IMG/VR virus record: IMGVR_UViG_3300004241_000009
Coordinates: 1 to 40,974 of that record
DNA from: a virus
Lineage: Duplodnaviria > Caudoviricetes
Length of the DNA stretch: 40,974 bases
Strand: one strand, 5' to 3'
This document shows positions 34,623-40,830 of this stretch, piece after piece. Below the pieces are notes generated by a model. It had not been told where the DNA came from and did not search any database. It saw only the letters and a list, made by a program, of their open reading frames with translations. The position numbers and the translations under genes were made by a program. Position 1 is the stretch's first letter. Each line of letters opens with the position of its first letter.

Positions 34623-34954
34623 GCAAGTTTCCCTCCATGCCGATGTGGGCGTGTGGCGTTGTAGAAGTGCTTGGTTGAGACTGCGGCCTCGATGTCCACA
34701 CCCATGCTTCCAGCGGTGTCCAGGGCGCGAATGATGATGTCTGCAAGCTCCTCTTCGATGCAGGTCAAAGGGCACGCCTTGTCGCACTGCTTGTTAAGCT
34801 CGCCACGCCTTGCCGCCTCCCATAGTTCGCTTGTTTCGCCGTGAAGATTCGCCGTTGCTTTAGCCATGTAGTCAATGACTGACATCGTATCGTCATGCCA
34901 GCCTTTGTCTTTTGCGAGGCCGTGAACTTGGTCGCGGAGTGTGTTTAGATTCAT
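34619..34954 (-). CDS. MazG-like nucleotide pyrophosphohydrolase
   Basis: AKDKGW, NLHGETSELWEAAR, IEEELADIIIRALD and K..YNATRPHRHGGK motifs; the ATCATCACCC leader points to ATG 34954. Confidence 0.88.
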   Translation of the reverse strand: MNLNTLRDQVHGLAKDKGWHDDTMSVIDYMAKATANLHGETSELWEAARRGELNKQCDKACPLTCIEEELADIIIRALDTAGSMGVDIEAAVSTKHFYNATRPHRHGGKLA

Positions 34955-34982
34955 GGGTGATGATCCGCGTTTGCGGTTTCGC

Positions 34983-35011
34983 CGTGTAACCGATGGCGGG
35001 CGGAGTGTCAA
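34983..35011 (-). promoter_or_regulatory. Sigma70-like promoter for the MazG-like gene
   Basis: TTGACA (35011-35006), 17-nt spacer, TACACG. Confidence 0.5.
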
Positions 35012-35048
35012 AAGAAAACCCGCTTGCAGTTAGAGGGCTGCAAGCGGG
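35011..35048 (-). terminator. Rho-independent terminator
   Basis: 11-bp stem CCCGCTTGCAG/CTGCAAGCGGG, loop CCCTCTAA, tail TTTTCTTTT. Confidence 0.85.
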
Positions 35049-35187
35049 GCTGGCTGGCGTTTCTTCATGCTAACCCAGTCAGTTACCTGGGCCGTTAGAG
35101 GGAGGATGCCCGTAGCACTCGCGAACAACTGCCAGTAGTTCGGTCTTTCGACTCACCGCCCTCAAACAAAGAAAAGGGCTGCGCCGT
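35011..35187 (-). ncRNA. Candidate structured small RNA (~175 nt) with its own promoter and terminator
   Basis: No credible ORF. A GAGGG/CCCTC stem closes three hairpins (GTC-GAAA-GAC, CGAAC/GTTCG, TGC/GCA), followed by a CCCAG/CTGGG hairpin and the terminator. Confidence 0.55.
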
Positions 35188-35193
35188 GGTGCA

Positions 35194-35221
35194 ATTATGG
35201 GCAGGCTTGCGATGCCGTCAA
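35194..35221 (-). promoter_or_regulatory. Sigma70-like promoter
   Basis: TTGACG (35221-35216), 16-nt spacer, CATAAT (35199-35194). Confidence 0.6.
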
Positions 35222-35253
35222 TAAAAACCCTCGCCACCGGGATGACGAGGGTT
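35221..35253 (-). terminator. Rho-independent terminator directly after the tRNA-like RNA
   Basis: AACCCTCGTCA/TGGCGAGGGTT stem followed by TTTATT. Confidence 0.75.
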
Positions 35254-35254
35254 G

Positions 35255-35395
35255 TTGAGCAGGCAAGAATTACACTTGCTACGCAGGCTTGCGTTTTTAA
35301 AGAATTTGCAGGGCTAGCTTCAAATATCCAAGGTTCTTATCTCCTTAGCCTTATTCCACCTCCCTGCGCGTGTCACTGTCCACGCCGCCGCTCAA
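35255..35395 (-). ncRNA. tRNA-like RNA with a non-canonical expanded anticodon arm
   Basis: 8-bp acceptor-like stem, 2-nt linker, 4-bp D-like arm, 6-bp stem enclosing 48 nt, extra hairpin, and a 5-bp stem with a 7-nt T-like loop. Confidence 0.65.
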
Positions 35396-35504
35396 ATTGG
35401 TTGCCGGGTTTCCGGCTGAAACTGAAAGAGGCCGCCCCGCGCTAACGGGACGGCTAATAAAGGATACTCATGGAGAGCATGCCCTCAGTCGTACAGACAT
35501 CCAA

Positions 35505-35532
35505 AGCGTATCACCATTGTGTCAGGCGTCAA
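35505..35532 (-). promoter_or_regulatory. Promoter overlapping the amidase stop codon and feeding the ncRNA cluster
   Basis: TTGACG (35532-35527), 16-nt spacer, TACGCT (35510-35505). Confidence 0.45.
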
Positions 35533-36074
35533 GACAGAATCACATCCGCCAGAAACTCACAAGCCGCCCTCATCTTGCCAGCGTCGAGCATCTTTGCCCG
35601 GTCGCCATCGTTGTCAATGAAGCCAAGCTCGATGAGGAAGCAGGGTTGAAAGCTCATCACGGCAAGGCGGGAGTGCTGGCTCTGGCCTTCGGTCTTTACG
35701 CCTCGGTCCTTCGTGCCTAGCCCGCGAATCACGGCAGCGTTCAGCGCCTTAGCTTTAGCCGCGTGCTCCTCGCCCCTGTAGAACGTCTCTGTGCCACTTG
35801 CTAGGCCGTTGAAGGCGTTGCAATGCAGGCTGACCATGAAGTCGCACGCGAAGTCCTTAGCGATGCCTGCGCGCCTACCAATGGGCGCGGGATCTTTGTC
35901 GTCCACGCGAGTCCTCACTACCTTGTGGCCGCGATCAATCAGCACCTCACGCAAACAGTTAGCCCAGGTCATCACTATACCCGCCTCAGTCTCGCCCGCT
36001 GCACACGCGCCTGGGTCATACGTCCCGGCCTTGCGGTTCTCCATGCCATGCCCAGGGTCAATGCAGATTTTCAT
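35529..36074 (-). CDS. N-acetylmuramoyl-L-alanine amidase (Amidase_3) endolysin
   Basis: ICIDPGHG, E, VSLHCNA, GTETFY and LIELGFIDN zinc-amidase motifs; catalytic domain only. Confidence 0.93.
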   Translation of the reverse strand: MKICIDPGHGMENRKAGTYDPGACAAGETEAGIVMTWANCLREVLIDRGHKVVRTRVDDKDPAPIGRRAGIAKDFACDFMVSLHCNAFNGLASGTETFYRGEEHAAKAKALNAAVIRGLGTKDRGVKTEGQSQHSRLAVMSFQPCFLIELGFIDNDGDRAKMLDAGKMRAACEFLADVILS

Positions 36075-36478
36075 AGCGAAGCAAGAAGCCCTCCTTTAAT
36101 CAGTTCTTCCCGCGTCTTGGACTGCTCCTTAAAGAGCGATGGGAAAGCGTCCCACAAAACGAGGCGATGCCCACGGGATGCGATGATTAGGGCAGCCAGA
36201 GAGTCAAGCGTGTCGGCAGGAAGCAAGCCGTCATCAATCCACGGTTGCAGGATGGCCGGGATTGCCTCACCTAGATTTGCCTCAGGATGCACCGGGATGC
36301 TGTATCCAGTGTCCACCATCAGCCAGGATGAGCCATCAAGGCAGGTGACAGAGGAGAACACTTTCGTGGTAGTCTGCTTGACCGGACAGGACAAGGCCCA
36401 CAGCGCGGAGCTAAGGGACTCGGCAACGGCTAGGGTGGAAGTTGGAATAAAGCGGATCATGGCAAGGCTGTCCCCCAC
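36071..36478 (-). CDS. Hypothetical protein (start may be ATG 36460)
   Basis: Coupled to the head-fibre gene and to the amidase. Confidence 0.6.
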   Translation of the reverse strand: MGDSLAMIRFIPTSTLAVAESLSSALWALSCPVKQTTTKVFSSVTCLDGSSWLMVDTGYSIPVHPEANLGEAIPAILQPWIDDGLLPADTLDSLAALIIASRGHRLVLWDAFPSLFKEQSKTREELIKGGLLASL

Positions 36479-37311
36479 TTGGCGTTTGCGATTTGGAAAA
36501 GCGCGTCTTCCTGCTCAGGAGAAAGAACGCCCTGTCCGTAAAGGATCTCGCTCACGTTGATATTTGCAAACAAGCCAGGGTCGCCACGTCCGCAAAGGCG
36601 CATCATGCCGGAGCATTCATTGTTGTTGCCCGTGCTGCCGAAAGGCCCGTTGGAACTTTGCATTGTCCCTGCGGTGGCTGTGCCTGTGATGAAGTAGGCG
36701 TATGGGTCAGTGGTCGTTAACGTTTCTCCAGCGTTATAAGAGCCGCTAGAATTATTCATGGAGATGGTGTCTCCAATCGTCTCAAACAAACGGTAATTTG
36801 CCTCTGTTGGGTAGTCGGCAAGTGCCCAAATCTCTTTGTTGGTATTGCTAACAGTCTGAGGGCGGAAGACGATGAACGCCCACCACTCAGCCTCCGCGCC
36901 AAACGTGACTGTCATGTCATCGTTAGAGCCATCAGAGAGAAGCGCGGGCAGGCTATTGATGCCCGTTGCCGTAAAGAGCGGCTGCTTGGATGCGTCACCA
37001 GTCTGCTCCCAGTCAGAACCACCGCCATTCTGCGTGTAAATCTTAACGACGTAACAAGGATCTCCATTCGCGAACGTGGTCAGGGCCGCAAGGTCCAGCT
37101 CGTTGTTCGCCAAGAATCCAATATCCTGCTCAGGCTGCCCGGTTCTATCTGCCCTCACGCGGATAAGCGGCCCTGTGTAGGTGCTAATCATTCGACGGGC
37201 CATGCTCCAAGTCCCCAGTGAGTCGAGGCCTAAGCCGTCCAACACGCCAGGAACCGCGCCCCCAGAAGGCCGCGAGAAAGGAAGTCCGAGGGCTAGGCCA
37301 AGTGCGCTCAT
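36457..37311 (-). CDS. Putative head fibre/spike with a ConA/LamG (arabinofuranosidase-B-like) beta-sandwich
   Basis: N-terminus MSALGLALGL; WSMARRMISTYTGPLIRVR...EQDIGF...ELD...Q...KQP...DGSND domain pattern. Confidence 0.6.
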   Translation of the reverse strand: MSALGLALGLPFSRPSGGAVPGVLDGLGLDSLGTWSMARRMISTYTGPLIRVRADRTGQPEQDIGFLANNELDLAALTTFANGDPCYVVKIYTQNGGGSDWEQTGDASKQPLFTATGINSLPALLSDGSNDDMTVTFGAEAEWWAFIVFRPQTVSNTNKEIWALADYPTEANYRLFETIGDTISMNNSSGSYNAGETLTTTDPYAYFITGTATAGTMQSSNGPFGSTGNNNECSGMMRLCGRGDPGLFANINVSEILYGQGVLSPEQEDALFQIANAKWGTALP

Positions 37312-37574
37312 TCGGTCCAGAGGATAACGGAGCCAGAGGCGAGGGTGATGGATGAGCCGCGAATAGGATAGTATCCAGGCGGCACCGTGGGGCCTGCGAG
37401 GCCAGCTTCATCACCATCATACGCCACTTGGTCAGGGCTGCCAGCCGTGGGTGCAACGATGGTTGTAATCACGGTGTCAGCCAGGACTGAGATGCCGAAG
37501 AAGTTCTTCGCGGTTGCAGCGGTGTTAGTCACCACCTTGTAGCCTTTAGAGGCCTGTTGTCTTTCGAGAGCCAT
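37308..37574 (-). CDS. Putative head-spike base protein
   Basis: 88-aa all-beta protein (TVPPGYYPIRGSSITLASGSVILW) directly upstream of the LGLxLGL protein. Confidence 0.5.
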   Translation of the reverse strand: MALERQQASKGYKVVTNTAATAKNFFGISVLADTVITTIVAPTAGSPDQVAYDGDEAGLAGPTVPPGYYPIRGSSITLASGSVILWTE

Positions 37575-37579
37575 GATCG

Positions 37580-37750
37580 TTATTTATTGGAGATTGTTGC
37601 GGAGAGGGTGGCTGTGGCAAGGTTTGCGCCAATAGCCAGGGCTGGCACGTTCACGTCCTTCACAACGGTCTTAGAGCCGTCTGCGTGAAAGGTGGTAGTG
37701 GTGGTGCAGGAAGCGAGCACCAAAGCAGAGAGAAGGAGGAGTGTTTTCAT
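37580..37750 (-). CDS. Small lipoprotein, spanin candidate (56 aa, not in the ORF track)
   Basis: MKTLLLLSALVLAS-C lipobox and a C-terminal hydrophobic stretch; ATGA-coupled to the holin. Confidence 0.65.
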   Translation of the reverse strand: MKTLLLLSALVLASCTTTTTFHADGSKTVVKDVNVPALAIGANLATATLSATISNK

Positions 37751-37914
37751 TTCTTGTCTTTGCGAATGACGTTGATTAGACCGACAAGACCAAGCCCAGC
37801 GGTGATGATGGCACCCTGTAAATCAGGCTGGATATTTACGCCAAACGCAGTGGCGAGCAGGATCAAGCCGCGCCATGTGGAGTTTTCGGAAAGCTTTTCG
37901 AGGATGGTATTCAT
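37747..37914 (-). CDS. Holin, two TM helices (55 aa, not in the ORF track)
   Basis: MNTILEKLSENSTWRGLILLATAFGVNIQPDLQGAIITAGLGLVGLINVIRKDKK*: two hydrophobic helices, STWRG motif and a basic C-terminus. Confidence 0.75.
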   Translation of the reverse strand: MNTILEKLSENSTWRGLILLATAFGVNIQPDLQGAIITAGLGLVGLINVIRKDKK

Positions 37915-38135
37915 AGCGGATCAACGTTCTTGTCTTCTTTTCCCATGCTGAAAGTCCCAGGCTCTACGCGGTGGGCAATCTCTGCAAGCTTTTGCCAGAG
38001 TCGAATGCGGTCCTTTTCGCAGTCGTATGACCTTCGAGAGAGAGCGTTGAACTGCGCTTTAAACCAAGCGAACAGACCACCCACGCAGCCCGTTAAGGTG
38101 GCGACTGCGGCGATCAGGGCTTGCTCCAAAGTCAT
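37911..38135 (-). CDS. Single-TM lysis-cluster protein (holin/antiholin-like)
   Basis: N-terminal TM ALIAAVATLTGCVGGLFAWF followed by a coil; first gene of the lysis cluster. Confidence 0.55.
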   Translation of the reverse strand: MTLEQALIAAVATLTGCVGGLFAWFKAQFNALSRRSYDCEKDRIRLWQKLAEIAHRVEPGTFSMGKEDKNVDPL

Positions 38136-38141
38136 GGCGCA

Positions 38142-38212
38142 TTTTTACGCTCTGAGCGTGTAAAGTGCAAGAGCAAAAAATCACTTGCGCTTTTTCGGAG
38201 ATGGGGCAGAAT
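38142..38212. promoter_or_regulatory. Divergent promoter pair
   Basis: Minus strand: TTGCAC (38170-38165), 17 nt, TAAAAA, ending 6 nt before ATG 38135 (likely leaderless). Plus strand: TTGCGC (38185), 16 nt, CAGAAT (38207-38212). Confidence 0.5.
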
Positions 38213-38220
38213 CGGGCACC

Positions 38221-38319
38221 GCAGAGAACTTGGAGGGCAAACCAAGTGTTCCGGCCTTTCGAGTTCTTTGTCGAGAGCCTGACTTAGTGTTTGCCCCACT
38301 GGTCAGGCTTTCACTTTTT
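38221..38319 (+). promoter_or_regulatory. Structured leader with terminator and kissing-loop complementarity
   Basis: GGGCAAAC (38235-38242, loop of ACTTGG/CCAAGT) is complementary to GTTTGCCC (38289-38296, loop of terminator hairpin 38273-38312 with an ACTTTTT tail). Confidence 0.6.
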
Positions 38320-39060
38320 ATGCATGATGTTAAGACACTCGTTAAGCAGTCCGGCTTATCCTTCAAGGATTGGTATCACGCGGTTTATCTAAACTCCGAG
38401 CACTGGAGGCAACTACGTGAAGCCAAGTTTGCCGTGTCTGGCAGGGCTTGCCAGCAATGCGCGGGAACTCACAAGATCCAGGTTCACCACTTGGCCTACC
38501 GTGCAATCTTTGACGTGACTGTGATTGACTTGCTTGTCGTGTGCGGCTCATGCCATGAACGGCTGCATGATGGCGAGTCTTCCGCGCCCAAAGCAGCCAG
38601 GATGCCAAAAGCTCCACCTAGCACACCCAAGCCAAAGCCGCAGCCTAAAGAACCTGTCGCATACGTGACGCCGCAAGGGCACATGATGTCTAAGAAGCAG
38701 CGCAAGAAAGCTAGGAGGCTAGAGCGCGAGCAGAAGGCTAGGGAGAAAGCGGAAGCTAAAGCTTTACGCCCAAAACCAAACCCGCCAAAGACACCACTTG
38801 AAAAAGCTTTGCGGTTCACCGTAGAGCGTGAGCGCGTGATTCCAGCGCAAGAGGGATGCGGCATAACGATGGTTACGCGTGAGATGGTCGAGGCAATCAA
38901 GACACGGCGCGGAGCGTGGACTAATGACCAGCTTCGCCACCTCGGCATTCCCGTTATGTTTAACGGCGGATGGCTTTACAAGTGGACTGAGCCTCGCGCC
39001 ATCCCTACGTCTGATTGGGAGAAGGCGGAGTCAATCACCCGCCGCAGTGCATTCCTTTAA
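38320..39060 (+). CDS. HNH endonuclease with a Pro/Lys-rich linker and an extra C-terminal domain
   Basis: YLNSEHWRQLR...CQQC...QVHHLAY...LLVVCGSCHERLH; likely start ATG 38320, after the leader. Confidence 0.8.
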   Translation: MHDVKTLVKQSGLSFKDWYHAVYLNSEHWRQLREAKFAVSGRACQQCAGTHKIQVHHLAYRAIFDVTVIDLLVVCGSCHERLHDGESSAPKAARMPKAPPSTPKPKPQPKEPVAYVTPQGHMMSKKQRKKARRLEREQKAREKAEAKALRPKPNPPKTPLEKALRFTVERERVIPAQEGCGITMVTREMVEAIKTRRGAWTNDQLRHLGIPVMFNGGWLYKWTEPRAIPTSDWEKAESITRRSAFL

Positions 39061-39066
39061 ACAACT

Positions 39067-39603
39067 ATGATACCATTCAGCAAATCAGAACAGCAAGCCT
39101 ATGCTCTCGGCTACCGAGTCAGCGAAGACGGGCTAACCATAAAAAAGAGCGATGGCCAAATCATAAAAACCACTTCCACAAAAGATGGTTATAAGAGATT
39201 TTGCATCGGCCCAAATTTCAAAAGAACGCCCGTGCGAATCCATCGCCTCCAAGCCTTTCAAGTTTTTGGAGATGCGATTTATCAGGAGGGAATTGTGTGC
39301 CGTCACCTTGATGGAAACTCCCAGAACAACGCGGCTTCAAACATCGCCCTGGGCACGCAGTCAGATAACATGATGGACCGCTCCAAGGAATGCCGCCAGA
39401 GATGCGCTTTCAAAGCCTCCAGGAGCGTTGTAAAGCACGATCATACTGCGGTGGTGGAGTTCTATAAGGAGCACGGATTTACAGCCACGCTTAACCATTT
39501 CAAGATCAGTTCACGCGGAACCCTTTCATTCATTCTCAATAAGAGCGCAACCGCTCCAAAACCAGACAGAGTTAAACGCAAACAGAAATCATCACATGAA
39601 TAA
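39067..39603 (+). CDS. HNH homing-type endonuclease
   Basis: DGY, RIHRLQA..VFG and CRHLDGNSQNNAASNI.LGTQSDNMMD motifs. Confidence 0.85.
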   Translation: MIPFSKSEQQAYALGYRVSEDGLTIKKSDGQIIKTTSTKDGYKRFCIGPNFKRTPVRIHRLQAFQVFGDAIYQEGIVCRHLDGNSQNNAASNIALGTQSDNMMDRSKECRQRCAFKASRSVVKHDHTAVVEFYKEHGFTATLNHFKISSRGTLSFILNKSATAPKPDRVKRKQKSSHE

Positions 39604-39877
39604 TACCGACCTCACCCACCTCGAAACCCTGCTCGCGGCTGCAACGCCGGGGCCTTGGTTTAACGACCAAGAAGATCCGATTGTTGAATCAGCAACGGAA
39701 ATGATTGGCCAAAATATCTTAGCAGGCTCACACGAAAGAGACATGGCAAACACTGAGCTCATTGTAGCCCTCCGCAACGCCGCGCCCGCTCTGATTGCCA
39801 GGGTCAGGGAGTTGGAGGCTGAGTTGGAAAGCAAGGAAGAAACGATTTGGGAAATGAATCAGGGGGAAGACTTATGA
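39596..39877 (+). CDS. Ead/Ea22-like protein
   Basis: LLAAATPGPW...NTELIVALRNAAPALIARVRELE. Confidence 0.65.
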   Translation: MNNTDLTHLETLLAAATPGPWFNDQEDPIVESATEMIGQNILAGSHERDMANTELIVALRNAAPALIARVRELEAELESKEETIWEMNQGEDL

Positions 39878-40185
39878 AAGCCATCGAAGAAATCTGGCCT
39901 GCGTTAATCATCTTTGCCGTCGTCGGCGGCATAGGCTGGTTTATTTGCTGGCGTTTGTGCGCTGGTGTAAACAAAAGGGCAGCGGAGAAGATCCAAGAGA
40001 TTCAAGAAGCAGAAGAACTCCGAGAAGCTAACCGCCAAGCCAGTATGGCATGGAGCCGCAAGATTCAACAAATGCGTCAAATTGAAAGAATGGATAAAGA
40101 GCGCGCATTGAACGCTAAAGCTCGCTGCCTCGCCAACTCCACCCGCCCGCGCCACTCACGATCAACCCTTAGAAAGACGAGATGA
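39874..40185 (+). CDS. Membrane-anchored coiled-coil hypothetical protein
   Basis: N-terminal TM WPALIIFAVVGGIGWFICW; ATGA-coupled start at 39874. Confidence 0.6.
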   Translation: MKAIEEIWPALIIFAVVGGIGWFICWRLCAGVNKRAAEKIQEIQEAEELREANRQASMAWSRKIQQMRQIERMDKERALNAKARCLANSTRPRHSRSTLRKTR

Positions 40186-40451
40186 TGAACGAACACTTAT
40201 TCATCGGCGGCCCTGAATGCATCAGCGGGACTGTGCGTAAAGCAGAGGGAAGGATTCACATGTGTCACGCAATGGATGAATTGCCCATCACTCCAACGAA
40301 TGTTTATGATCGTTTGCCCATTCAAACCCATGAATACAGGCGAGAAGAAATCACAGATAGTAAATTCCACTTTGTCTATTTCCATTCATCCATTCAACAC
40401 GGAGATGAAGTGGCAGCGTTGATCCAGGCCGCAACCAAGAAAAAGCCATGA
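40182..40451 (+). CDS. Hypothetical protein
   Basis: LFIGGP motif; translationally coupled. Confidence 0.6.
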   Translation: MMNEHLFIGGPECISGTVRKAEGRIHMCHAMDELPITPTNVYDRLPIQTHEYRREEITDSKFHFVYFHSSIQHGDEVAALIQAATKKKP

Positions 40452-40582
40452 GCTACGAAATCATGAACCGCCACCCAAAGCCTAGCGTGCTGCGGGATAT
40501 TTATCACCATAACCCTAAGTGGGTGGACGTGAAACACGCCGCATCTAAAGGGAGTAGGAAACCGCCCGCTAAGAAGCCATGA
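40448..40582 (+). CDS. Small hypothetical protein (44 aa, not in the ORF track)
   Basis: MSYEIMNRHPKPSVLRDIYHHNPKWVDVK..., with ATGA overlaps on both sides. Confidence 0.45.
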   Translation: MSYEIMNRHPKPSVLRDIYHHNPKWVDVKHAASKGSRKPPAKKP

Positions 40583-40830
40583 AACCACTCTGCCCCGTCT
40601 GCTGGGGTCGAGGCCGCTCCTTGTGGCTAGGCTGCTGCATCTGCACGGGCGATGTGCCCACGAATGGGAGGTTTATGCGGGAGATGGTGGGGAGGCAACT
40701 TGGTAGCACGAGCACCTCTCAGGCTACCAAGTTGGAGGCTAATCATTTTCTCCCGTTAACTCATAAAAGAGCGTTGTTGTATCCTTCGCCACACGATCAA
40801 GAGTTGAAGGAGCCGCGCCCGCTGGATTGA
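40579..40830 (+). CDS. Cys-rich hypothetical protein
   Basis: CPVCWGRG...CCICTG; its 3' end overlaps the convergent giant gene by 92 nt. Confidence 0.4.
   Translation: MKPLCPVCWGRGRSLWLGCCICTGDVPTNGRFMREMVGRQLGSTSTSQATKLEANHFLPLTHKRALLYPSPHDQELKEPRPLD

Noticed and set aside
35138-35160. Hammerhead-ribozyme-like UGA-GUC-GAAA-GAC-CGAA
   Set aside because: The core reads GCGGUGA rather than CUGANGA, and CGAAC rather than GAAA, so catalytic nucleotides are missing.
35255-35395. Canonical tRNA, tRNA-Sec or tmRNA
   Set aside because: There is no 7-nt anticodon loop, no UUCRA T-loop, no CCA and no tag ORF. It is kept only as a tRNA-like RNA.
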